From the NCBI RefSeq assembly GCF_009914755.1, contig NC_060940.1: a DNA stretch of 64,000 nucleotides. The stretch is one strand, 5' to 3'. Source of the DNA: the human T2T-CHM13v2.0 reference genome, Homo sapiens. The translations under genes were made by a program, and so were the position numbers. Numbering within the stretch: the first letter of the stretch is position 1; each line of letters begins with the position of its first letter. Under the pieces are notes generated by a model, which saw only the letters and a list, made by a program, of their open reading frames with translations, had not been told where the DNA came from and searched no databases. Below are positions 31,295 through 43,034 of this stretch, in pieces.

Positions 31295-32509
31295 ACTCTA
31301 CATTATAACAACATGAATGAAAAACCAGTATCACTTGGAATACAATAAAGCAGCAATAAAAATAAATACAATGAAAACAAACAAAAAAGCATAATTACCT
31401 TTTAGCTGGATACTATGTCTACTTAAGGTCTGCGTATGAAACTCTCTGTATTAAAATGAGAGATAGATAAGGATTAGAGAGGTCTCAAAGACACAGTAAT
31501 ATCCACCTGAGACCCTCTGCTTGTCAGGATCACTCAAAGAGAAATGAAAATGGAATGAATGAATGTCAACCGTGTGAGTCAGGCTTTTGTATCACCTGTC
31601 CACACAGCACCTAGAACCATTTTAGTAGAAGCAAAACAAGCAAAGTTGCATGAACAGGAGGTAAGGAAGTGGATCAAGTAACTAAGACAATAAGTCCTTC
31701 CTTTCTAGAAGCTCCCCTATGAGCAGTAGCTCAACAAGGGCACACAGTCAGCGGAGGTTCACCCTGGTTGGACTGGTTTCCATTTTCTATTTGTTTTTTG
31801 TGCAGCGGGGGTGGGGCGAGGGGTTGGTCACTTTTATGTGCTGAGAAGGAGGAATCATTGGAAAAAAGAAAATGAATGCAGGAAGCAAGTTCCTGGAGTT
31901 GAGGAAAGAGAATGGGATCAGGGCCCAGGTCTCTCTGCCTTAGACAAACGCAGAGCCCTGTGCGCGAGGAAGAACACTGCTTCCTGAGACAGAAAGGATC
32001 GTTAGCTAGTGACACGGGGGTTAATGTAGGAACTTAGGAATGCACGCAGGACGGGAGTTAAGGGGTTTTGATGGACAGTCTCCATTTTCTCCACAAAATA
32101 GAATATAAGGTCATCCTCTGAGGGTGAAGGGGATAAAGTCCTGGATTTGGGGGGACCAGAAAGGTTTGGAATGGCTACTGAAGGGCCAGGGCTAGGGCAG
32201 CCCAGGTCACTAGAAGGAAGGGGCACCCTTCACTGACCCTGCTGTGGCACCGCCCATCAGGTGAAGGTTGCTCAGCAGCAGCATGAGGCAACCTGGGAGG
32301 AAAGCAAACCAGGGGAGCAGCTGCTGGGCCCCAGGGCTGGGCCTACAGAGCTGACGCAGGTGCAACTAGGCAAAGAACATTCCAGTTCCTCCAAGGCCCC
32401 GCTAGGATCATTCCATCGCTGCTCACACAAGGCAAACGCACAAAGCACCTCATTGCATGTGGTCACATGGACAGACCAACACCTTCCATAGTGTATTTTA
32501 TTATTACTG

Positions 32510-32878
<369 letters not shown>

Positions 32879-33580
32879 TAATAAGCGCACGTAAAACAAA
32901 ACTGTCTTGAATGGAAAAAGGGAGTTACAACATGCAATTAATCTAGGAAGAGCTTTAAAAAAAATGCCAAGAGGAGGTAAGACAACTATGACACTTAAAT
33001 AAAGGTTAAAAATGAGAGTTGTTCAAAACCGAAGTTTAAAGGTTAATTACTGGTGCCTTACACGTAATACATTAGTTTTGTTAATGGGACAATATTCAGT
33101 TAGGTTCGGTGTGTCAGCCCCACAAGGTGAGTATGTCAGCCATGAGTATAAATTAGTGAAGCTTCCGTGAAAAGCAGCCCTTTAACAGACCTTGGTCTCC
33201 ACACAGAGAAAGCATACTGCCTGTCTGTTTAAGTGCAAAAAATAAAGGAACAAATAATGCCTCCACTAAAAGAGTATCAAGTTTGTTTGTTGTTCATGTA
33301 AAGCAAATTTCCAATTGGAATTTGAAAAAAAAAAACCACAAGTGTCTTACCAGAAAAGGAAAGAAAAACTCCAGATTCTCGTGCTAATTCATGTTCCTGA
33401 GTTGCCCACAGCCATAAGACAGGTTTGCTCAGAGATCCAGGGTGCAGGCACCCAGCTTTCTTTGCTGAGTGTGGGAGTCCCAGGGATTGGGGTCTAAAGT
33501 CAGAAGCCTGAGGGCTTTCTTCACCTTGGCTATTCACTAGTTTTTAAGGATTTCTGAAGTTTTATGAAAAGTCTTTTACG

Positions 33581-33798
<218 letters not shown>

Positions 33799-34344
33799 TC
33801 AGAGATGCTGCCCAACGTCCTACAATATACAGGGTGCCCCCTCCACCACCAACAATAAAGAACGACTTGACTCAAATGCCAGTATTGCAGCTCTTGAGAA
33901 ACTCTGCTCTAAGCTCAAAAAACTCAGAGAATTCTAGAATGGTGAGAAAAAAGGAGAAGATGCAGAGTCAGGAAGTCCTGCGTCTCTTACTTCCTTAATT
34001 TGATGACCTTGTTCCAGTTTCTTAACGCCTCTGCATCTGTTTTCTCAAAAATGTAAAATTATGATAATTATATCACAGGGTCTTCTGAGGATTAACTTAA
34101 AACACTGAGATATTTTTATTTCAAGTAGTCGGGTAAAGCACTAGCCAAATACCAGTTGACAACAGCCAATTACAAAAAAGTTGTGTATACTTACACAGAA
34201 AGGAAGATCTCTCTATAGGAAAGGATGAGGTGTGAAGGGTGAGGGGCAAAGGTGTGAGTGAGGGGGAAGGGGTGGTAAAGGGAGTTGAAGTCTCATGCCT
34301 CAAGGCCAACTGGATTCCGGGTTTGTTAGAGACACTGGTGGGTC

Positions 34345-34888
34345 TGGCAGAGGCGTTTGAACAAGACCAACTCCATCTCGAATAGGAGCTGGGTAAACTG
34401 AGGCTGAGAACTACTGGGCTGCATTCCCAGACAGTTAAAGGATTCTAAGTCACAGGATGGGATAGGAGGTCAGCACAAGGTACAGGTCATAAAGACCTTG
34501 CTGATAAAACAGCTTGCGGTAAAGAAGCCGGCCAAAACCCACCAAAACCAAGATGGCAATAAGAGTGAACCCTGCTTGTCTTCATTGCTACACTCCCATT
34601 ACCGCTATGACAGTTTACAAATGCCATGGCAACGTCAAGAAGTTACGCTATATAGTCTAAAAAGGGGAGGCATGAATCACCCACCCCTTGTTTAGCATAT
34701 AATCAAGAAATAACTATAAAAATGAGCAACCAGCAGCCCTCAGGGCTCTGTCTATGGAGTAACCATTCTTTTATTCCTTCATTTTCTTAAACTTGCTTTC
34801 ACTTTAAAGACTCGCCCTGAATTCTTTCTTGCATGAGATCCAAGAACCCCCTCTCTTGGGGTCTGGATCAGGACCCTTTCCCGTAACA
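34345..34888 (+). mobile_element. MER41A solo LTR (ERV1)
   Basis: tggcagaggcgtttgaacaagaccaactccatct...tgccatggcaacgtcaagaagttac...ggatcaggaccctttcccgtaaca. 544 bp, lacks the MER41B GAS segment. Confidence 0.88.
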
Positions 34889-35529
34889 GCTCTAACACCT
34901 TACAGCCTCTCCCTAGCTAAAGTCAAACTGGAGCTGACCCCTCACATAGCACAGTCCTTAAATGAGATGTGTGAAAGTTTCCAGAACATGCCAGGCCCGC
35001 AGTCAAGGACTCTCCCATCCCCTTGCCATGAGACCCAATCCTAAAGACCACCTGTGGGGTTGGAACTTGAGGTTCCAAATCAGCAGTGCCCACCTCCTTC
35101 AACACCCAAACCCACAGTCTAACCCTGATGCCGGAAGCCTTCCCCACTCAACAGCAGGCATTGCGTGGAGTGAAAGAAGCCAGGCATGATGGACAGCTTC
35201 CTGTCTGAATCCCCTCATATGAACCTGACGGGCACAATGAACCTACTGGGCTAAACTCCAGACGCTGGCCACCTTCATAGGGTGGAGATGACAGAACAGG
35301 ACAGGAGCCATGGGGCTCCCGGGGCGGGTAGGGGTGTGTCATGTTCCTTGGCTTGGGGGCAGTTACAAGGGTACAGTGGGGCTTGTTGAAGGGCAAAAGT
35401 TCTGTAAGTTCGTCCCGACAGGCCAAAGAAACCCCAGAGCCGTCTTTCGACTGACTACAGCCTGGAAGAGAGGCCAAGACCACTCCCTGCCTCTATTGCT
35501 CCATTTCTGAGTTGGTCTCACTTTCCACC

Positions 35530-36300
35530 CCACTGACGGCGCGCTGCGTGAGGGGCGGGGCATAGAGGGAGGGGAGGGGCTATGCGAAAGAAGGCGGGGA
35601 GAGTGGGGTGGGGCCGCTCCTTGGAACGGAAGCGCGCGGCCTCGAGGCCCTTCCGGTGCGGGAGAAACTACTACTCCCATAATTCCCCGCGGTCCCGCGA
35701 GCTGCCAGTCTCGTCGCGAGAAGCAGCGGCCCGGGGCGACTGAGCGGACAAACGGAAGTGTAGGTTACGGTCTGAGACATCACCGCCAAGCTGGGCATCG
35801 GGGAGATGGCCGAGACTGACCCCAAGACCGTGCAGGACCTCACCTCGGTGGTAAGGGACGGCTGTGAGGGCCGGAGGCCGCGGCCTTCCCGGGCGGCGCC
35901 GGGCCAAGCCCTGCTGGACAGAGGCGCGCCCACCGCGGCCGCGCGTGGCGTCTGCCGAGGCCCCGTTTCTGGAAGCGTCTCTGGCCGAGGCTCCCGGCCA
36001 CCTTGACCCCCGGGGCGCTCGGTGCGGGCCAGTCTCCCCGCGGGCGCCCCCAAGCCCGACCCCTTCCAGTAGCCCCATTCATCTGTCGCGAACGCCCTCC
36101 GGGTCCCTCCCGCCTACCTCTGACACCCTCCCCGCCCTTCAACTCCTCACACACCCCCGGGTGCCCCAGCCCGGCAGAAACAACCTAAAGACCCTGAGCT
36201 TTGAGTCGCAGCGGCCTCCCCAGCCCAGCAGTCTAATTGGACAGGTTGGAAAACGGAAGCCCAGAGAAGGAAGATCTTGCTGAAGGCCGCACAGCTGTCC
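35530..36300. promoter_or_regulatory. HSBP1: HSBP1 CpG island / TATA-less promoter
   Basis: Abrupt CpG and GC enrichment. GC box GGGGCGGGG at 35552. ETS sites CGGAAG 35627, CTTCCGG 35650, CGGAAGTG 35753. ZNF143/THAP11-type ACTACTACTCCCATAATTC at 35667. TCGCGAGA at 35714. Confidence 0.9.
35806..35850 (+). CDS. HSBP1: Heat shock factor binding protein 1, coding exon 1 (MAETDPKTVQDLTSV)
   Basis: ATG in Kozak context gagATGG, donor GTAAGG at 35851, matches the HSBP1 N-terminus. Confidence 0.98.
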
Positions 36301-36408
36301 AGAGGCAGAAATGGGGCTGGAACCCCGGGACCAGGGCTTGCGTCCTGATCCCAGGAAGTTGTCTCAGGATCGATGTGGACCGTGTTTGTTTGTTTCGGTT
36401 TTTCTTAG

Positions 36409-36475
36409 GTGCAGACACTCCTGCAGCAGATGCAAGATAAATTTCAGACCATGTCTGACCAGATCATTGGGAGAA
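36409..36475 (+). CDS. HSBP1: HSBP1 coding exon 2 (VQTLLQQMQDKFQTMSDQIIGR + 1 nt)
   Basis: Acceptor tttcttAG at 36407-36408. Ends at the U12-type donor ATATCCTTT at 36476. Confidence 0.97.
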
Positions 36476-37033
36476 ATATCCTTTTTATCTGCAGTCGGCC
36501 TCCTGTGGGCCTTTGGAGCCTATTTGCCGGGCAGTGGTGGGGATAAATGAGTAGTTTTCAGGCTAGCTTCAGCCATTCACTTGTAGAATTTGAGCTTGGA
36601 TTGTACTGTGTTTCTGAGAAGGACTGCGCCGAGAGCTAGGGGCAAAGCTGAGTTAGACTCCTGGCTCAAGGAGCATACGTCTACCAATCCTAATAGCTGG
36701 TGTGGTGGACCATGCACTGTGAACTAAGCGCTTTTGTGTGTGTCTTTTGATGCTCAGCATGACCTTATGAGTGGGTTGTAGTGTTATCATCTTTAGCAAA
36801 TGAATAAATTGAGGTTTAGGGGTTCCATCACTAGTAAGGGTCAGGGCTGGAATCCGATGCGGGGTAGCCATGCCCCACAGTCCTGTACTCTTACCCACCA
36901 GCGTGTAACAGTGTCTAAAGAAAATTGGAAGACCAGTTTCCCTAAAGTCGTTGTGTTTAAGGCTGTAGTCTGCAGGGACGGGAGGAAAAAGGCTCAATGA
37001 GATGTTGGCACGCGTTGTCTTTAACTTCAGCAC
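36476..37033 (+). other. HSBP1: U12-type (minor spliceosome) AT-AC intron, HSBP1 intron 2, 558 nt
   Basis: 5'ss ATATCCTTT, branch site TCTTTAAC at 37018-37025, terminal AC at 37032-37033. This junction restores IIGRIDDMSS. Confidence 0.95.
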
Positions 37034-37152
37034 TTGATGATATGAGTAGTCGCATTGATGATCTGGAAAAGAATATCGCGGACCTCATGACACAGGCTGG
37101 GGTGGAAGAACTGGAAAGTGAAAACAAGATACCTGCCACGCAAAAGAGTTGA
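37034..37152 (+). CDS. HSBP1: HSBP1 coding exon 3 ([39 protein letters not shown])
   Basis: Total CDS 45+67+119=231 nt, 76 aa plus TGA at 37150-37152. Exon ends 37154, donor GTGAGG at 37155. Confidence 0.98.
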
Positions 37153-37170
37153 AGGTGAGGAAGGGGGCAA

Positions 37171-37176
37171 TTTTTT

Positions 37177-37208
<32 letters not shown>

Positions 37209-37495
37209 TTTTTTGACACGGAGTTTTGCTCTTGTTGCCCAGGCTGGAGTGCAATGGCACGATCTCGGCTCCCTGCAACCTTTGCCCTCCTGGGTTCAAA
37301 CGATTGTCCTGCCTCAGCCTCCCGAGTAGCTGGGATTACAGGCTTGTGCCACCACACCCAGCCAATTTTGTATTTTTAGTAGAGACGGGGTTTCTCCATG
37401 TTGGTCATGCTGGTCTCGAATTCTGACCTTGAGTGATTTGCCCGCCTCAGCCTCTCAAAGTGCTGGGATTACAGGTGTGAGCCGCCGTGCCCGGT
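37171..37495 (-). mobile_element. Alu (S-type) in HSBP1 intron 3
   Basis: Long T tract begins 16 nt after the exon 3 donor. Confidence 0.95.
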
Positions 37496-38170
37496 CTTTT
37501 TTTTTATTTTGTCTTAAAAGAATAGAGAGAACCTGTAAGTATAATTTGTATGTAGTCAGACATTCTGTAGATCAGTTCCCAGCCATGATCCCAGCAAGCA
37601 TCACTGTATTGTTTACCTGCTGTGGACTTGATGTTTTGAAATTTTTCATGCCAAACTCATTCTTTACACCGAATTTATTTTCCCAGTTTTTATTAATTAG
37701 ACTTCTGTCACTATTAGTGAAGACCACTGGCTAACATTAGATAACCACTGAGTTTTTATCATTCCAGCTAATAAAGGTGTCTTTTTGTTGGCCTATAAAG
37801 CCTGTCACTGGAAGATTTTCCATTGCTTTTTTTTTTTTTTATGGAAATAACTGATAAGTCACCCACATTACCACCTTCTTAAATGGCTTAAATTCTGGAG
37901 ACTTTCTTGGTAACTTGACATAGGTGAACTAGATTGTGGCCACATTAAGCTTTTACTCTGGAGTTCATTTAAATTTCCTCTGAATAGTTTCAGATGTCAG
38001 AGGAAAGCCTAGTAATTCAAAGTACCTACACAGCAAGATAGGTAAATGTACAGAATCACTCAGCAGAGTGCATGGTGATCCTTTTCCTCTGTATGTGTGA
38101 AAAATAAGTTTTAGACTCACTTTTCTCTTGTTTCATTTATAACATTTTAATTCTCTATAAAAATGAATGT

Positions 38171-38553
38171 TGCTGAGGGAGGCGGAGGTTGCAGTCGAGG
38201 TCACGCCACTGCACTCCAGCCTGGGCGACAGAGTGAGACTCTGTCTCAAAAAAAAAAAAAAAAAAAAAAAAAGGTACTGGTGCGTGGTGACTCATGCCTG
38301 TAATCCCAGCACTTTGGGAGGCAAAGGCAGGCAGAGGGCAGATCAGTTGATGTGAGGAGCTCGAGACCAACCTGGCCAACATGGTGAAACCCTGTCTGTA
38401 CAAAAATTAGCTGGGTGTGGTGGTGCACGCCTGTAATCCCAGCTACTTGGCAGACTGAGACAGGAGGCAGAGTTTGCAGTGAGTCGTGATGATGCCACTG
38501 CACTCCAGCCTGGGAGACAGAGCAAGACTCTGTCTCAAAAAAATAAAATAAAA
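38171..38553 (+). mobile_element. Alu 3' fragment (38171-38272) plus Alu (38277-38553)
   Basis: Alu motifs and A tails. Confidence 0.9.
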
Positions 38554-39148
38554 TGGTTCCTGAGTATTTTTAGATTCGTAGAGTACTAAGCAGAATGTAC
38601 AGTAAAACATGCCTAATTTCCTATTTTCTGGGCTTGCTGTGGACCACATTTTAAGTCACTGTGAAATACAGATTTGGGATGTTGAAGACAGACTCTAAAA
38701 TTTGCTTTTATCTTCACAGTAGGTGGGGTTCATTCACTGTGTGAGTAAATCACATAACTGCTTTCTATGGGTTATGTCATCGTTATTCTTATCCAGAGAT
38801 AATTTGGAAAAATGTCCTACCAGTCTCAGATGCTTCTGTGGGTCTCTTTTTATATTATGTGGCAATCAAAACTGCCATCAACTGACTGATTATCTTACCA
38901 CAAGAATTTCAGGATGGTAGACTGGCTAGTGATGGGGGTCATTCAAAGAAAAGAGTGGGAGTAGGAAACTGACTCTGAAACTTTTAAAGATATTTCCAGT
39001 TAAATCTATTGCTAAAATATTGCCAGAAGAAAATAAGTTTAACTCAGTAGGAGAGTGGAAAGGGATTTGTAGTTGATAGGTCTATATGTCATTTTTACTT
39101 GTGCTCATATAATGAAAAACATGTTGATGATTTTTCCTTCTTCAACAG

Positions 39149-40720
39149 GTTGCTAATAATTTATACTGGAATCTGGCATTTTTCCAAGCCAAGAGAAGAT
39201 CGAATGGCTTTTTGCAGCTAACTACTATGTGTAGACAGGTTTTATATTATAAAGTATGCATTCTTATCACCTAGTATATAGTTAGTTTGTAGAGTGATTT
39301 CCCCCCAGTTTCTTGAACATGGTATCTTCACATCTTGGACCTTGGTCAGTTGTGCTATTCATTATTAAACACTAAAACTTTGGCGGTTCTTGCATAACAT
39401 TGTCAGATTTTTTAGTGTATTTCTGTGAAGTCATTTTTTTTCTTGTCATTCCTTTTGTAGTAGTTGCTGTTTGGATAAAAGTTGATGTGTGATTTTTTAT
39501 TAAACAAATAGTAAACCCTTCAATTATAGTTAGTCTTGGTGAAGTAAGATGTTTGTAGACTTTAGAGTTCTTTAATTCTTGGCACAACGTGACTGTTGAG
39601 CTAACACCAAATAGTGTGTTGGCAATACTTTTCAAATGGCTGAAAACACCTAAAAATTGTTCATTCAGAAATATCTGTCACTGCTCTGTTGCCAAAACTC
39701 AGAATAGAACTTAGACGTATGTCTGAGTCCCTGAGATCACATGCTAAAGTCGATGAAAAGTAACCACTGCCACTGTCTTGTGTCAGAACTTTTACAGTAC
39801 AGAAAATAACAGAATAGCCTTCTGTAATGAGGCGTTTGTTAGAGTTTTGCATGAGATTCTAATACTTCAGTAGGACCCTACCTACGTGGTTCATCTACAA
39901 TGGTTACCATAAAAAATCTGGCAGGATTTTAAAACTCAATCAGTCTTTCCTTTGAGCTAGTGACTTGAAAAGAAAGAGAGAAGGAAAAGAGACCATATTA
40001 AGTCCATGCCAGTTGCTTGGCTAGAATATGATCAACGACTTGTAGTAGACTCAAGTTTTTAAAAAACACTATTTTACTTAAACTGTTTCTTATCTAAATT
40101 CTTGCAGAGTGTCAATGTTATCATTGATTATAGAAGACAGGGATAATACCTTTATCTCTGGCCACTCAAAAATGCAGTGCCAGGAGTGCTAAACCTAGAG
40201 GCCAATACTGATGACCTGGAAGGTGATCCATATGATTGTCACCACAAAGTGCTTTTACACAAAAACTTGAAAATTTGAAAAACATGATTTTTTTAAGTTT
40301 CTCATCTCACCAGTCTTGGTATTTATATTGCAAATCTATCAAAGTAAGAAATAATTTGTGCTGTATACAAATTACATGGGGAACATAAAGGAGTGAGATC
40401 CTTCTGTGATAAAATGAATTCACCACTCTGGTTACCCAACTACAGAACCTCCTTTGATCAGGCCAGTAGGTTGTGATGCAGGCTGGAGCCCCCGAATGCC
40501 CCACACACACTGCAGCATTGACCAGACCATCCGAAACCTGCGTCCCTGGTGATGTTCTCAAGCCTCGGAAGTGGCAAATGGAAATGATATGGCCGGTTGC
40601 GGTTGTAGGAGAGTTGTGACTTAGGCAGGAGTCGACCTCCTCAAGTAATGGAACGATTTCAAAGGCAGGCTGCCCTGACCAAAAATATCTGCCATGAATA
40701 AAGGTGCCTGAAATCCTGCT
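39149..40720 (+). other. HSBP1: HSBP1 non-coding last exon (3'UTR), may extend to about 47470
   Basis: Acceptor tttttccttcttcaacAG at 39147-39148. ATTAAA at 39364, AATAAA at 40697, a further ATTAAA at 47444. Confidence 0.85.
40697..40702 (+). terminator. HSBP1: HSBP1 poly(A) signal
   Basis: AATAAA followed by ctttgtgtc and tgtttggtttt downstream elements. Confidence 0.75.
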
Positions 40721-41096
40721 ATGAAGCTTCCTTTGTGTCAAAAATCTGTTTGGTTTTCAGATGGAAATGCAGAAATCACATTAGAGTATCAACTAAAACC
40801 TCTGGACGGATTAAGTACAAGTAGCCCAAGGCAAAGCAGGAGAGGGGGTGTTGGGGGAGGTTGCCTGCTGGAAGGGGAAGCTGAGGAGCGGGAGGAGGGC
40901 TTGCCAAGACTGGCATTGCAGGAGACTTGTCTCAGGTGTGTTCCCAGAACTCTTGCCCCTGGAGATGCTGCAGGAAGGAAGGGGTTATGGTCACTTGGGT
41001 TTAGACGACATTCTGTGAACCTCATGAAGAAATTAGCATATTAAAGACTCTGAAAGTAGAGCAGAGAACTCAGCTTTAACCTGCTCACCTGCTAGT

Positions 41097-41346
41097 TTTC
41101 GAGGTCTCGCTCTGTTGCCCAGGCTGGAGTGCAGTGGCACAGTCATAGCTCACTTGGAGCCTGAAGCTCCTGGGCTCAGGCAGTCCTCCTGCCTCAGCCT
41201 CCCAAGTAGCTAATATTACAGGTTCGTGCCACCGCACCTGGGTCTTGCTGTGTTGCCCAGGCTGGTCTAGAACTGCTAGGCTCAAGCAGTCCTGTCTCAG
41301 CCTCCCAAAGTGCTGGGATTACAGGCTGGAGCCACCATGCCTGTCC
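41097..41346 (-). mobile_element. AluJ (internally deleted)
   Basis: Reverse-complement Alu arms without the linker. Confidence 0.88.
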
Positions 41347-42144
41347 AAGGGTCTTTTTTATACTATATGAAGTATTCCTTCTCCAGCTATTCTTGTTCGT
41401 TTACCAGCCAGTGAAGATTCTCTTGAGGGCTGAACAATACAGATGAGTATGGGGGCCCTTGCACCAAGGAAAACAGCGTTACATTTAATTAAGTGCCCTG
41501 TCTCAAACCCCAAGGCCCCACAGCTTCTTCATTTGGCCCCTAGTTCATCCTGCTTTCCTTTGAGCCACAGGATTTTAAAATATTTCAATCTTATTTTCAT
41601 ATCAATTTTTTCGTTTCACTACAAGTACAGTCATTGTTTAACCCTATCAGGACTAACACAATATTTCACGTAACTAAGAGTTAATTTGCCCTTGTGAGTC
41701 CTTGGAATTTAAGCCCCACACACACACACTTAGAGCACTGTTGCTATGGGAACATAAGAGTCCTCCAAACAAAAGTGAACTTTTTCAACATGCTGTTTGT
41801 AAATGGAAGCCTTCCCAAGCAGACACTGTGTTCCTCTTTTATTTTGTATTTTGCACATTATATATTTTGATTAGATTAAAATGGAGGAATTTGCAGGATG
41901 TGTTGTCATATCTAGCCCTGAAAGTTAACTGGTTACAGTTACCAAATGTTCACAGCTAGCGCCATTGAAAGCATTGACTGTAAACCGCTGTACTGTGCTA
42001 AGCCTTTTGTTTGCACTGTTTGGCTTAATCCTCACAACAACACTGAGAGGTTTTCATTTGATGAGTCATATTTAAAGAAAAGGAACCCAAGACGGGGAGT
42101 CAGGGGCACAAGGTCACAGCTGGTAATGATGACCCTGGAATGTC

Positions 42145-42276
42145 CTCACAGCTGCACACCTGCACCGCTCACAAACACAGCTGACCGTCTCACAGCTGCA
42201 CACCTGCACCGCTCACGAGCACAGCTGACCGTCTCACAGCTGCACACCTGCACTGCTCACGAACACAGCTGATCGT
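42145..42276. repeat. 44-bp minisatellite, 3 copies
   Basis: Unit ctcacagctgcacacctgcaccgctcac(a/g)a(a/g)cacagctgaccgt starting at 42145, 42189 and 42233. Confidence 0.95.
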
Positions 42277-43034
42277 CTGCCTCTTCGTGTGAGCTGAGCT
42301 CCGAATCTCAGCTGTCCAGGCTGTCTGGAAATCATCAGCCCCACTGGCTGGATCTCAAAATTTACTTTCAAAAGGCTGATGGAGTGTTTTCAATTAAACA
42401 TGACCTAAAATTAAGTAATAAACACACTGGATGTGAGTTTTTATTTGGAATTTAAACTATTCAGAGCTGGTAGAAAATGTGTGCTCCTGGATCAGTGCCT
42501 TTTTTCTCCTAAATCAGTTGAGAACAACAACAGAAACAAATGACATTCCTCAAACATTTGCCCAGAGCACAACCACGGGGAATATGAACCACAGGTTTTC
42601 ACATTGGTTTTCCATGCCTATACCTGTCCTGTCTCCCACAAAAATTATTGCTTGAGGCCCAACCCGGGGGATAAAAAGACACCCCCCCGCCACTCCGTGA
42701 CCTATTAGCTTACCATCCTATTGGATTTCACTGTTTTTTGTTTTGTGGTGTTTTTTCTTAAGGCAACGAAGACTTTTAAATGGACTCATGAAGAAGCCAT
42801 CACCTGGAATCTTAATCTTGCATTAATTTTAAGTGTCTGATTTTAGCTGCAGCCACTTGAGAACTTTTCAATGAATGAAAATGAGGGAGGGGAGATGCAA
42901 GTCACTGCCCAAAAACAAAACCAGAGGAATTGTGATTGAACATTGCACTTATCAACCCTACAAATTAATATGGAAATAGGAAAAGGGTTTGTTTCAACAA
43001 GTCAGGATGACAGTATTTTAAAAAAGAAAAAAAG

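Noticed and set aside
33925-34995. Partial heat-shock elements (TTCtaGAA near 33932, TTCcaGAA near 34979) upstream of HSBP1
   Set aside because: Each has only two good nGAAn units, below the three needed for a credible HSE.
35580-36283. Several long overlapping Pro/Arg/Gly-rich ORFs on both strands
   Set aside because: Stop codons are depleted in a CpG island. Only 35806-35850 is coding.
42145-42276. Regular repeats superficially like a CRISPR array
   Set aside because: Units are head-to-tail with no unique spacers, in a eukaryotic context. It is a minisatellite.
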